Part shown: in pieces, positions 19,620 through 29,213 of the stretch
Layout: the number at the start of each line of letters is the position of its first letter
Numbering within the stretch: the stretch's first letter is position 1
Assembly: GCA_049510745.1 (NCBI GenBank)
Contig: JBEKYR010000004.1
Span: forward strand, 32,001 to 96,000
DNA length: 64,000 bases
DNA from: Verrucomicrobiota bacterium
Lineage (GTDB): Bacteria > Verrucomicrobiota > Verrucomicrobiia > Limisphaerales > Palsa-1400
Direction of reading: 5' to 3'
Position numbers and translations under genes: made by a program
The notes under the pieces: generated by a model
What the model was told of the DNA's origin: nothing
Database searches by the model: none
Seen by the model: the letters and a program-made list of their open reading frames with translations, nothing else

Positions 19620-20046
19620 AGCGCTGCTGGACGTGAACGTGGTTATCGCCGCAACCTTTGCAGACCACGTGAAGCACGGGATTGCGCGAGGATTCGTCAA
19701 TAGACTCGACCATTTTCACACCACGCCAATGACGCAGGGCGGCTTCTTGCGTTTCGCAACGCGCCCCTGGAAGGACCACCGCAAGGTTGAACAGCCGCCT
19801 CGTCTGAGCATGTCGGAGGCGCAGTCGAAGCTCATGGAATTTACCAACGCGGCCGGGCACGTGTTTCTTTCCGACGACGCCCAGTTCACGGAACTGGGTC
19901 TGCGTTCCATGCAAGGGCATCGGCAGTGGACCGATGCCTACCTGCTTCATCTCGCTCGCAAGCACGGGTTGTCGCTGGCTTCATTGGAAAGTCGAATGGC
20001 AAACCTTGATGATCCGAGCAAGCCCGTATTATTTGTGGTGATGTAG
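19600..20046 (+). CDS. VapC-family PIN toxin
   Basis: LLDVNVVIA..H..TQGGFLR..GHRQWTDAYLLHLA. Confidence 0.85.
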   Translation: MPSTPTEALLDVNVVIAATFADHVKHGIARGFVNRLDHFHTTPMTQGGFLRFATRPWKDHRKVEQPPRLSMSEAQSKLMEFTNAAGHVFLSDDAQFTELGLRSMQGHRQWTDAYLLHLARKHGLSLASLESRMANLDDPSKPVLFVVM

Positions 20047-20202
20047 CCACACAGCACGCGTCCCCCATTGGACAAAACCATCGGCGGCGCCTTTTTCCGA
20101 GGACCTCTTACGGTGCGATGCGTGAAGAACGCAAAACCATCCGCTCTTGGGGGACCCCATTTCCATCGTGACCCCATTTCCATTTCCCCTGAAGGCATAT
20201 TT

Positions 20203-20961
20203 TTACTGTGCCGTCCAGCCGCCATCGACGACGATGTCGGTGCCGGTAATGAAGGCGGCGGCGTCTGAACACAGATAAAGCGCCAGTTGGCCGATGTCTT
20301 TGGGATCGCCCCAACGGCCCAACGGAGTCGCCGCGAGGAACTGCCGATTCAGCTCCGGATTCTCCATGAGCGGGAGGTTCATTTCCGTGGCAAACGGGCC
20401 GGGACTGATGCCATTGACGGTGATGCCGTCCGGGGCCAGTTCCAAAGCCAGAGCGCGAATGAAGCCCAGCAAGCCAGCCTTGCTGGCGCAATAAGCGGTG
20501 CGGCCCGCAATGGCAACATGGCTCATCGTGGACGTCATGTTGATGATTCTCCCATAGCGCCGGCCTTTCATCTGCGGCACAAAATAACGGCACATCAGGA
20601 AGACGCCGGTCAGGTTGGTGTCCAAAACCTGCCGCCATTCAGTGGAAGAAAGTTCGATAAGTGGTTTGCGAATATTGATACCGGCGTTGTTGATGAGAAT
20701 GTGCGGGACACCGGCCTCTGTGACGACGAGTTCCGCGAGCCGGGCAATCTGGGCCTCATTCGTCACGTCCGCCGGATGCACCCAAGCCTTGACGCCAAAG
20801 GCATGTGCCGCGCGCGCGGTTTCCTCCAGTTGTTCCCGGTTGCGCGAGACAAGCACAACGTCCGCGCCCGCCTCCGCCAAAGTGGTGGCCATTGCCCGGC
20901 CCAGGCCTTTGCCGGCGCCGGTGATTAGGGCGATCTTTCCCGTCAAGTTACAAGTATTCAT
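20203..20961 (-). CDS. Short-chain dehydrogenase/reductase
   Basis: TGAGKGLG, NNAG, YCASK, DGG. Confidence 0.93.
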   Translation of the reverse strand: MNTCNLTGKIALITGAGKGLGRAMATTLAEAGADVVLVSRNREQLEETARAAHAFGVKAWVHPADVTNEAQIARLAELVVTEAGVPHILINNAGINIRKPLIELSSTEWRQVLDTNLTGVFLMCRYFVPQMKGRRYGRIINMTSTMSHVAIAGRTAYCASKAGLLGFIRALALELAPDGITVNGISPGPFATEMNLPLMENPELNRQFLAATPLGRWGDPKDIGQLALYLCSDAAAFITGTDIVVDGGWTAQ

Positions 20962-21123
20962 TGAAGTTTCGGGTTGATTATGCCGCCCAACTCTGTTTTT
21001 GCCAGCGCCAAACTGGCGGTTTTTGACTTTCTGGCTTGTTAATGCAAAATTGTGCGACGAATGAGCCGCAACGCTTTTAACAGAGAAGAAGCACGGGCGC
21101 GGCTGTCGCCCGCCAAAACCGGT

Positions 21124-21705
21124 TTATTCCCAGTCCCACTCCTCGAACAATTCCGAGATCGGGAAGCGGAAGCCGGGCAGGAGGTCTTCGCCCTCCAGAA
21201 AACCGCCGCTGCCAATCAGTTTGCGGTCGGTGAGGGAGCGGCAGACTTCCACGTGCCGGGCTTCGGGATCGATGATCCACGCCAGACGCGCGCCGCTGCT
21301 GAAGAAATCCTTCAATCGGTCGTCGATCTCGCCGCGCGTGTTGCCGGGCGAAAGAATCTCCACCGCCAGATCGGGCGCGCCGGGAAAGAAACGGCGCGTC
21401 GAGCGCCGGAATCCCAGGGACGCCAAACGCGCCCGGCTGACAAAGGAAATGTCCGGCGCGCGGCAGTTGCGATTGTTCATCCAGAAGCCGGTGCTGGAAT
21501 CCAGGACCGCCCCCAGGCGGCCGGATCGGACAAAAGTAAGAAGCGCCGCCGACAGCCGCGTGCAGATGTCGCCATGAAAGAAATCATTCTTGGGGCTCAT
21601 AACCAGTTCGCCATCGACAATTTCGTGGATGAAGCCGTCTTCGGGCAAAGCCTGCACCTCGGCCTCGGTCCAGAGTTTTTTCGGCGCTTCAACCACAGCG
21701 TTCAT
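21124..21705 (-). CDS. Uma2-family endonuclease
   Basis: EIVDGELVMSP..H..RAPDISF..APDLAVEILSP..WIIDP..LLPGF. Confidence 0.9.
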   Translation of the reverse strand: MNAVVEAPKKLWTEAEVQALPEDGFIHEIVDGELVMSPKNDFFHGDICTRLSAALLTFVRSGRLGAVLDSSTGFWMNNRNCRAPDISFVSRARLASLGFRRSTRRFFPGAPDLAVEILSPGNTRGEIDDRLKDFFSSGARLAWIIDPEARHVEVCRSLTDRKLIGSGGFLEGEDLLPGFRFPISELFEEWDWE

Positions 21706-21744
21706 GGAAGCATATTACGAGCGTTGGCGGCGGCTGTCGAGACT

Positions 21745-21800
21745 AACCGCGCCAGTCGCGCCAGTCGCTGAAGACTTCGTCGCGCATGAGGGTGGCGGCC
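21745..21800 (-). repeat. 56-bp direct repeat, copy 1 (displaced 3' end of the DUF2252-like gene)
   Basis: Identical to 22589-22644. Confidence 0.92.
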
Positions 21801-21826
21801 CGCGAATCCGGCCATCGCCAATAACA

Positions 21827-22258
21827 CTACGGCGTAACGCATTGGAATGCGCCCAGGACCGCAAAATCATTCGCGTTTGTCGTGAGCAATGAATTGATTC
21901 CAGCGCTCCGGTAAGTCGCGGCCAGCAGTGTGTCCAGTATTCGCTTTCGTCCCAGACCGTGGCCGCGATGCCAGACAAAGAATTGTGCCATCGCGGCGTC
22001 GCCGGGAATGGTGTGTGTTACCTCGTGGGCAGTCCACCATTTTTGCGCCAAATCGCGCGCCGCCTCCATGCTAAGTGGCGCGGCAAACCGCTTGGCGTCA
22101 GTGACCACGTGGATAAACTCGGCCAGCACTTGCGGAGCCAGCGCGAATTCGTCCCCTGCGGCAACAAGTGCGGCGATTTTCGCCCGCGCGGCTTGATGAC
22201 TGGTGTGCTCTACAACTTCGGCGGCGACCAGGAATCCGGTGTCGATCCCGTGATTCAC
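21827..22258 (-). CDS. VapC-family PIN toxin
   Basis: IDTGFLVA..PQVLAEFIHVVT..RILDTLLAAT..LLTTNANDF. Confidence 0.88.
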   Translation of the reverse strand: MNHGIDTGFLVAAEVVEHTSHQAARAKIAALVAAGDEFALAPQVLAEFIHVVTDAKRFAAPLSMEAARDLAQKWWTAHEVTHTIPGDAAMAQFFVWHRGHGLGRKRILDTLLAATYRSAGINSLLTTNANDFAVLGAFQCVTP

Positions 22259-22476
22259 TGGCGCCCTTCCAGCATCTCACCCAGCAAGTCGTCATCCGGG
22301 CTGAACGGACGAATCACCCGGCCAAGACTCACCGGTGCGATGTCCAGCACACTATGCGGCAAAGCGCTCTTGAGTCGCCGGCGGCGCATCCGCTCGGAAA
22401 GCCACTCGAACAAGCTCTCCTGTTGCTCCAGCGGCAGGGCATCGGCAGCCTGTTCGATTTCAATCAAAGTTGACAT
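22255..22476 (-). CDS. Putative antitoxin
   Basis: 73 aa, MSTLIEIEQAADALPLEQQ; ATGA overlap with the PIN gene; N-terminus resembles the 19431 protein. Confidence 0.72.
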   Translation of the reverse strand: MSTLIEIEQAADALPLEQQESLFEWLSERMRRRRLKSALPHSVLDIAPVSLGRVIRPFSPDDDLLGEMLEGRQ

Positions 22477-22586
22477 ACCTTTTTTATACGCAAAAACCGG
22501 CGATTTTCAAGCAAAATGCCGTGAGGAATTCTGACGCCTCAATCCATTTCGCGGCAAACGCCATTCAACTCCAGTCCGATGCCACA

Positions 22587-23648
22587 TCAACCGCGCCAGT
22601 CGCGCCAGTCGCTGAAGACTTCGTCGCGCATGAGGGTGGCGGCCTGGAAAAGCCAGCGGGGCGGCTTGCGCTTGAGGTCCTGGCGCAGGGCCGCGCCCTG
22701 GCCGCTGCCCAGATGAATGTTGGCGGTTTCCCAGCCCATCGAATAAAGCAGTTTCAATTCGTCGCGCTCCTCCGGCAGATGGCTTAGCTCCAGCCGGAAA
22801 CAATCGGGCGAGAGGCGGCGCACGATCCAGGCGCCTTTGATCTTCCAATAAGGGTCCTGCGCGCGGACGGCGCGGCGCAGAATGTCCTCAAGGTAAAGAG
22901 GGCCGGCGGTTTTGCCCTCGGCGAAGAGGCAGGCGGAGAGGGCCCAGGCCTTGGCTTCGCGCGCCAGCCAGCCGCCCTGCCAGACGGCCAATCCCAGGTA
23001 GCGCTCGCGCCCCAGGCTGCCCAAACCCGCGATGCGATGGGCGAAACGCAATTGAATTTTCTGGTCCGGCAGAATGGAACGAATGGCCGGGAGGACAGTC
23101 GAAGGCAGGCGGGTTTTGAGCGGGGCCAGGCGGCGAAGCTTTTTCCAGAACTTCTCCGGTTCCCGCAGGCGGTGCCGCACCATGGCGCGCAACGCCGTGC
23201 CGCGATCCACCAGGACAAACGGCGCGCCGCCCACTTTGACGGCGTCCTGGTAGCCGCGCAGAATTTCCGCCGCGGCGTCTTCGGGCGAGACGTCCAGTTG
23301 TTCGACGGCCAGAAAGGCGCTGGCGGCCAGGCGGATCAAATCGTTGGTGTAGGGCAGCGGGCTGGCTTCGTCAAAATCGTTGACGCCCCAGACCAGGCGG
23401 CCTTCGGCGTCGCGCCAGGTGCCGAAATTTTCGACGTGCAGGTCGCCGACGGAGAGGACGCGGGGGCCTTCGCAAAATTTGGGGCACGCCTGCGGCCAGA
23501 CCTGCGCCCAACGGTAATAGGTGGCGCGAAGGAAGAAAAACGGGTCCGCGCGCATGCGCTGATGCTTGAGGAGCAGGTCGCCTTTGAGGAGACGGATTTG
23601 GCGGCCGAGCCAGGCTTCGTATCGGATGGTGGATTGGCGGATGTTCAT
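22587..23648 (-). CDS. DUF2252-family (kinase-like) protein
   Basis: KHQRMRADPFFFLRATY, GDLHVENFG, NDFDEA, RIAGLGSLGRERY. Confidence 0.82.
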   Translation of the reverse strand: MNIRQSTIRYEAWLGRQIRLLKGDLLLKHQRMRADPFFFLRATYYRWAQVWPQACPKFCEGPRVLSVGDLHVENFGTWRDAEGRLVWGVNDFDEASPLPYTNDLIRLAASAFLAVEQLDVSPEDAAAEILRGYQDAVKVGGAPFVLVDRGTALRAMVRHRLREPEKFWKKLRRLAPLKTRLPSTVLPAIRSILPDQKIQLRFAHRIAGLGSLGRERYLGLAVWQGGWLAREAKAWALSACLFAEGKTAGPLYLEDILRRAVRAQDPYWKIKGAWIVRRLSPDCFRLELSHLPEERDELKLLYSMGWETANIHLGSGQGAALRQDLKRKPPRWLFQAATLMRDEVFSDWRDWRG

Positions 23649-23670
23649 AAGGCAAAGGGCGGGCGCGCTG

Positions 23671-26316
23671 TCAAGAATCGAGGGCGTCCAGAGCGGCGCG
23701 GGTCTGAGCGCGTTTGGACTGCCAATCGGCCAAGCGCTGCTCGTGCTCCTGCAAGACGGTCGCCGGCACTTTCCGGGCGAAGTCCGGGTTGGCCAGCTTG
23801 GTTTTCACCTTCTCGATTTCCGCGTCGATTTTTTGAAGTTCCCTGGTCAGGCGGGCTTTTTCCGCCTCGGCATTGACCAGGCCGGCCAGGGGGATGAATA
23901 GTTTTCCGCCGAAACCGGGATGAATCACCGGCTCGCCTTTGGAGGGCTGGTATTCCGGGCGATGCTCAATGCTTTCAGCCCCGGCCAGCAATTGGATCAC
24001 TTCCTTCTCCGCGGGATCGATGTCCGCGGGGGCGTGATAAACAATTTTGAGCCGCTGGCCGGCCGGGATGCGGTATTGGGCGCGGATGTTCCTGATGGCG
24101 ATGACCAGCTTCTGTCTGTCATCTATAAAACTGAGGACGTCTTCGGAAAGGAGGTAGTGGGCCTTGAAATCGGCGTCGAAGGGTTTGGGCCACGGCGCGA
24201 ACACAATCGTCCGGCCGCCCTGGTCGTCCGGCATGTCCTCGGCGTAACCCATCCCGTGCCACAATTCCTCCGTGATGAAAGGCAGGAAGGGATGGAACAG
24301 GCGCAGCGTGTGGGACAGAATAAAATCCATCACCGCCAGCGTGTTCTGTTTGCGCGCGGCGTCGGCGCCCTGCAGCACGGCCTTGCTCGCCTCGACATAC
24401 CAGTCGCAATACTCGCTCCAGAAGAAGCGGTAGAGAGTGGCGGCGGCGTCGCTGAATTTGTATTCGGCGAAGGCGGCGTCCAATTCGCGGATGGCGGCGT
24501 CGAGGCGGAGGAGAATCCAGCGGTCGTCGCGCGTGAGGAGGGGGGGCGCGATTTCGCCCTGGACCTGGCCGGCCTGGAGTTGGCGGAAGCGGCAGGCGTT
24601 CCAGAGTTTGTTGCAGAAATTGCGGCCCAGCTCGACCTGCTGTTCGTCATAAAGAATGTCCTGTCCCAGGGGCGCGGAGCGCATGACGCCAAAGCGCAGG
24701 GCGTCGGCGCCGTAACGGCCGATGAGGTCGAGGGGATCGGGCGAGTTGCCCAGGCTCTTGGACATTTTGCGGCCCTGCTTGTCACGAATAATTCCGGTGA
24801 AATAGACGTTGCGGAAAGGCGGCTCTCCCGTGAATTCGTAGCCCGCCATGATCATGCGCGCGACCCAGAAGAAAATGATGTCCGGGCCGGTGACCAGGTC
24901 GGTTGTAGGATAGAACTTTTGCAGCGTGTCCGTCTGGTCGGGCCAGCCCATGGTGGCGAAGGGCCAGAGCCAGGAGCTGAACCAGGTGTCGAGCACGTCC
25001 GGGTCCTGCCGCCAGCCGTCACCGGGAGAATCGATTTGACAGCGGGTCTCGCCGTCCTTGTACCAGACGGGCAGGCGATGGCCCCACCAGAGCTGGCGGG
25101 AGATGCACCAATCCTTGATGTTGACCATCCAATGGAGGTAGGTCTTGCTCCAGCGTTCCGGGTGGAAGCGAATCTGGCCGTTCTCGACCGCGGCGGTCGA
25201 GGCGGCGACCGACGGGTAGCGCAAAAACCATTGCTCGCTCAGATACGGTTCGATGGGCACGTGGCTGCGCTGACTGTGGCCGACGCGATGAACGTATTTT
25301 TCCGTCTTGAGCAGCAGGCCGAGGCTTTCCATTTTCGCCAGCACGGCTTTGCGCGCCGCCATGCGGTCCAATCCGGCAAACTCCGCGCCCGCCTCCTGGG
25401 TCATTGAGCCGTCGGGGGCGATGACGACCGTCAGGGGCAGATGATGGCGCAGCGCCATTTCGTAGTCGGCGGGATCGTGGGCGGGGGTGACTTTGACACA
25501 GCCGGCGCCGAATTTCGGATCGACCAATTCGTCGAGGATGATGGGAATGGGCTTGTTGCGGAGGGGCAGCAGGACCTTCTTGCCGCGCAAATTCTCATAA
25601 CGCGGGTCCTGCGGATGAACGGCCACGGCTTCGTCGCCCAGCATCGTTTCCGGCCGTGTCGTGGCCACGACGACAAAGCCCTCCTCGCCGACGAGGGGAT
25701 ATTTGAAGTACCACAAATGCCCGTGCTGCTCGACCATTTCGACCTCCTCGTCGGACAAGGCGGTGCGGGCGGCGGGGTCCCAATTGACCATGCGCTTGCC
25801 GCGATAGATCAAGGACTTGTTGTAGAGATCGACGAAGACGCCCTGGACGCAACGGCTGTAGGCGGGGTCCATGGTGAAGCGCTCGCGCGTCCAATCGCAG
25901 GAAGCGCCCAGCATGACAAGCTGCTGAATGATGATGCCGCCGTGCTTTTCCTTCCATTCCCAGACCTTCTCCAGAAGTTTTTCGCGGCCGAGGTCCTCGC
26001 GGGACTTCATCAGGCCCTGCTGGCGCAAATTCTTCTCGACAACGGCCTGGGTGGCGATGCCGGCGTGATCGGTGCCGGGCAGCCACAACACTTCAAACCC
26101 CCTCATGCGGGCCAGGCGGGCCAGGATGTCCTGGATGGTGTTGTTGAGGACGTGCCCGAGGGTGAGCACGCCGGTGACGTTGGGCGGCGGGATGACGATG
26201 GAATAGGCCGGCTTGGCCGAGCGCGGATGGGCGACAAAGCACTTTTGGTCGAGCCAAAACCGGCGCCATTTTTCCTCGACGGCGCGGGGTTCGTAGGCTT
26301 TTGGGATTTCGGACAT
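23671..26316 (-). CDS. valS: Valyl-tRNA synthetase
   Basis: PPPNVTG, GTDHAGIATQ, DWCISRQLWWGH, KMSKS, C-terminal coiled coil. Confidence 0.98.
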   Translation of the reverse strand: MSEIPKAYEPRAVEEKWRRFWLDQKCFVAHPRSAKPAYSIVIPPPNVTGVLTLGHVLNNTIQDILARLARMRGFEVLWLPGTDHAGIATQAVVEKNLRQQGLMKSREDLGREKLLEKVWEWKEKHGGIIIQQLVMLGASCDWTRERFTMDPAYSRCVQGVFVDLYNKSLIYRGKRMVNWDPAARTALSDEEVEMVEQHGHLWYFKYPLVGEEGFVVVATTRPETMLGDEAVAVHPQDPRYENLRGKKVLLPLRNKPIPIILDELVDPKFGAGCVKVTPAHDPADYEMALRHHLPLTVVIAPDGSMTQEAGAEFAGLDRMAARKAVLAKMESLGLLLKTEKYVHRVGHSQRSHVPIEPYLSEQWFLRYPSVAASTAAVENGQIRFHPERWSKTYLHWMVNIKDWCISRQLWWGHRLPVWYKDGETRCQIDSPGDGWRQDPDVLDTWFSSWLWPFATMGWPDQTDTLQKFYPTTDLVTGPDIIFFWVARMIMAGYEFTGEPPFRNVYFTGIIRDKQGRKMSKSLGNSPDPLDLIGRYGADALRFGVMRSAPLGQDILYDEQQVELGRNFCNKLWNACRFRQLQAGQVQGEIAPPLLTRDDRWILLRLDAAIRELDAAFAEYKFSDAAATLYRFFWSEYCDWYVEASKAVLQGADAARKQNTLAVMDFILSHTLRLFHPFLPFITEELWHGMGYAEDMPDDQGGRTIVFAPWPKPFDADFKAHYLLSEDVLSFIDDRQKLVIAIRNIRAQYRIPAGQRLKIVYHAPADIDPAEKEVIQLLAGAESIEHRPEYQPSKGEPVIHPGFGGKLFIPLAGLVNAEAEKARLTRELQKIDAEIEKVKTKLANPDFARKVPATVLQEHEQRLADWQSKRAQTRAALDALDS

Positions 26317-26374
26317 AAATTTTCAACCACGAATGGACACAGACATATATTTTCAACCACGGATGGACACGGAT

Positions 26375-26539
26375 TCACACGGATAAAGCCAGTGAGTTCT
26401 CATATATTTTTTCGTTAAGTCCGTGCCCGATCTCGTTAAGCACCTCGAACGCAAAGCCAATAAGTTTCTCCGTTTCGGCTTTGAAAATCAATTTTGATTC
26501 GCGGCTGCTGCTTAAGTTCTGTCTTTCATCCGTGTCCAT
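26375..26539 (-). pseudogene. Truncated GxxExxY copy (54 aa)
   Basis: MDTDERQNLSSSRESKLIFKAETEKLIGFAFEVLNEIGHGLNEKIYENSLALSV*. Confidence 0.85.
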
Positions 26540-26635
26540 CTGTGTCTATCCGTGGTTAAATTGTTTTTTTCATCAGGCGATATTCCATGACATAAATTTT
26601 CAACCACGGATGGACACGGGTTCACACGGATAAAG

Positions 26636-27046
26636 CTAGAGCACCACACGCTCCCATTCCATTCGGGCGCGCTTAAAATTCACGATTAACCCCACCCGCA
26701 ATTTGGAGATGCGGAGATAATTCAGCATCTGGCCGCGTTCATGGTCGGTAATGCAATCAATGACTTTGGTGTCCACAATCACCGAACCAAAAGCGATAAG
26801 GTCTGGAATGAATTCGCCGACTTGAACACCCCGGAAACACACCGGGAATCTTCTTTGCTGGTCGAACGCAATCTCGTTTTGCTTGAACAAAACCACCAGT
26901 GAGTTCTCATATATTTTTTCGATAAGTCCGTGCCCGATCTCGTTAAGCACCTCGAACGCAAAACCAATAAGCTTCTCCGTTTCGGCTTTGAGAATCAGTT
27001 TTGATTCCCGGCTGCCGCTCAAGTCCGGTCTTTCATCCGTGTCCAT
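26636..27046 (-). CDS. GxxExxY protein (predicted PD-(D/E)XK-like nuclease)
   Basis: GHGLIEKIYEN motif; GEFIPDLI..VIVDTK..QMLNYL..GLIVNF. Confidence 0.92.
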   Translation of the reverse strand: MDTDERPDLSGSRESKLILKAETEKLIGFAFEVLNEIGHGLIEKIYENSLVVLFKQNEIAFDQQRRFPVCFRGVQVGEFIPDLIAFGSVIVDTKVIDCITDHERGQMLNYLRISKLRVGLIVNFKRARMEWERVVL

Positions 27047-27105
27047 CTGTGTCTATCCGTGGTTAAATTATTCTTTCATCAGGCGATACTCCGTGACATA
27101 AATTT

Positions 27106-27291
27106 TCAACCACGGATGGACACGGATTCACACGGATAAAACCGGTGAGTTCTCATATATTCTTCGTTAAGTCCGTGCCCAATCTCGTTAAGCACCTCGA
27201 ACGCAAAACCGATAAGTTTTTCCGTTTCGGCTTTGAGAATCAGTTTTGATTCCCGGCTGCTGCTCAAGTCCGGTCTTTCACCCGTGTCCAT
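27106..27291 (-). pseudogene. Truncated, frameshifted GxxExxY copy
   Basis: Matches the N-terminus to GHGLNEE, then a 1-nt deletion. Confidence 0.85.
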
Positions 27292-27373
27292 CTGTGTCTA
27301 TCCGTGGTTAAATTATTTTTTCCATCAGGCGATACTCCGTGACATAAATTTTCAACCACGGATGGACACGGAT

Positions 27374-27538
27374 TCACACGGATAAAACCGGTGAGTTCTC
27401 ATATATTTTTTCGTTAAGTCCGTGCCCGATCTCGTTAAGCACCTCGAACGCAAAGCCAATAAGTTTCTCCGTTTCGGCTTTGAGAATCAATTTTGATTCG
27501 CGGCTGCTGCTCAAGTTCGGTCTTTCATCCGTGTCCAT
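27374..27538 (-). pseudogene. Truncated GxxExxY copy (54 aa)
   Basis: MDTDERPNLSSSRESKLILKAETEKLIGFAFEVLNEIGHGLNEKIYENSPVLSV*. Confidence 0.85.
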
Positions 27539-27559
27539 CTGTGTCTATCCGTGGTTAAA

Positions 27560-29119
27560 TTATTTTTTCATCAGGCGATATTCCATGGAATCGACCAGGG
27601 CCTGCAAACTGGCCTCGATGATGTTGGCGCTGACGCCGACGGTGCCCCATTCCTCGGTCCCGTCGCTGGACTGAATGAGGACGCGGGTCTTGGCGGCGGT
27701 GCCGGCGGTCGAGTCAAGGATACGGACCTTGTAATCGGTCAGGCGAATGCGCTTGAGCTGCGGATAGAAACCGGCCAGGGCGGCACGCAAGGCGGAGTCC
27801 AGGGCGTTGATCGGGCCGTCGCCCTCGGCGACGGTGTGGGCGGACTTGCCCTCGACCCGGACCTTGACCGTGGCCTCGCAAATCGAGGAGCCGCCGTCGC
27901 GCCGCATCGAGACGTGATAGACGGTCACCTCGAACGGCAGCGTTTGGTGATGGAGTATCCTGTGGATGAGAACGGCGAGCGAGCCGCCCGCGGCCTCGAA
28001 TTCGTAGCCCTGGTGTTCGAGGGTTTTGACGCGTGCCAGGATTTCCTTCAACTCCGGTGCGTCGTCGGCCAGGCGGATGCCCAACTCGCGGGCCTTGAGG
28101 AGAATGTTGCTGCGGCCGGCCAGATCGCTGATGAGCACGTTGCGCGCATTGCCGACGGATGCCGGGTCGATGTGCTCGTAACTGCCAAAAATTTTCTGGA
28201 CCGCGTTGACGTGCATGCCGGCCTTGTGCGAAAAGGCGGCCGAGCCGACCCACGGCTGGCGCGGGCTGTGGCGGAAGTTGGCGATCTCATCCACGAATTG
28301 CGACAGGTCCTTGAGCAGCGGCAGCGAAGCGGCCGGCACGCACGTTTTGCGCAATTTGAACGCGATGTTAGGAATGACGCTGGTCAGGTTGCAATTGCCG
28401 GTGCGTTCGCCGTAACCATTGATGGTGCCCTGCACCTGCGTGGCGCCCGCCTCCAGCGCCGCCAGGGCGTTGGCCACGCCGAGGCCGATGTCATCGTGAG
28501 TGTGGATGCCGATGCGCCCCTTGAGCGCGGCGCGGGCGGCGCGGGTGATGGCGGCGATTTCGCCGGGCAACCTGCCGCCGTTGGTGTCGCACAAAACGAC
28601 CCTGTCGGCGCCGGCGTTTTCCGCGGCCTGCCAGGTGGCCAGCGCGTAGGCGTTGTTGTCCTTGAACCCGTCGAAAGCGTGCTCGGCGTCATAAACGACG
28701 AATTTTCCGTGCTGCTTGAGGAACCGGACCGTGTCGGCGATCATGGCCAGGTTTTCATCCGGCGTGGTGCGGAGGACTTTGCGGACATGCAACAGCCAGG
28801 TCTTGCCGAAAATAGTGACGACAGGCGTATGCGCTTCGAGGAGGAGCCGGACCTGGTCATCGGCGGCCACGGCGACATCCTTGCGGCGGGTCGAGCCGAA
28901 GGCGGCCAGTTGGGCGCGCCTGAATTTTTTGCGTTTGGCCTCGTGGAAAAACTCGATGTCCTTGGGATTGGAGCCGGGCCAGCCGCCCTCGATGAAATGG
29001 ACGCCGAAGGCATCGAGCCGTTCGGCGATGCGCAACTTATCGGTGAGGGAAAAGTTAACGCCTTCGCCCTGGCTGCCATCGCGCAAGGTCGTATCGTAGA
29101 TTTCGACATCGGGTTTCAT
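27560..29119 (-). CDS. cimA: Citramalate synthase
   Basis: YDTTLRDGSQGEG, IEGGWPGSNPKD, YDAEHAFDG, GYGERTGN, WGTVGVSANIIEASLQALVDS; start chosen at MKPDVEI. Confidence 0.93.
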   Translation of the reverse strand: MKPDVEIYDTTLRDGSQGEGVNFSLTDKLRIAERLDAFGVHFIEGGWPGSNPKDIEFFHEAKRKKFRRAQLAAFGSTRRKDVAVAADDQVRLLLEAHTPVVTIFGKTWLLHVRKVLRTTPDENLAMIADTVRFLKQHGKFVVYDAEHAFDGFKDNNAYALATWQAAENAGADRVVLCDTNGGRLPGEIAAITRAARAALKGRIGIHTHDDIGLGVANALAALEAGATQVQGTINGYGERTGNCNLTSVIPNIAFKLRKTCVPAASLPLLKDLSQFVDEIANFRHSPRQPWVGSAAFSHKAGMHVNAVQKIFGSYEHIDPASVGNARNVLISDLAGRSNILLKARELGIRLADDAPELKEILARVKTLEHQGYEFEAAGGSLAVLIHRILHHQTLPFEVTVYHVSMRRDGGSSICEATVKVRVEGKSAHTVAEGDGPINALDSALRAALAGFYPQLKRIRLTDYKVRILDSTAGTAAKTRVLIQSSDGTEEWGTVGVSANIIEASLQALVDSMEYRLMKK

Positions 29120-29213
29120 ACATTTCCGCCGGCCCGGACCAACCCGCCGCCGGCGGACTGAAACAATTACGACAGGGGCGCGGTTTTTGCAAAACATAAT
29201 GGGAAGACCCTCC

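Larger units (their letters stand above)
26312..27586. repeat. Tandem array of four GxxExxY cassette units plus a 30-bp partial unit
   Basis: Units begin gacata(a/t)attttcaaccacg at 26312 (partial), 26342, 26589, 27095, 27341; each full unit ends with a copy of the cimA 3' end (catcaggcgata(t/c)tcc(a/g)t). Confidence 0.93.

Noticed and set aside
20153..20184. Short direct repeat gaccccatttccat x2
   Set aside because: Isolated, with no associated structure.
26312..27586. CRISPR array interpretation of the tandem repeats
   Set aside because: The intervening sequences are homologous to each other rather than unique spacers, units are about 246 bp, and no cas genes are present.
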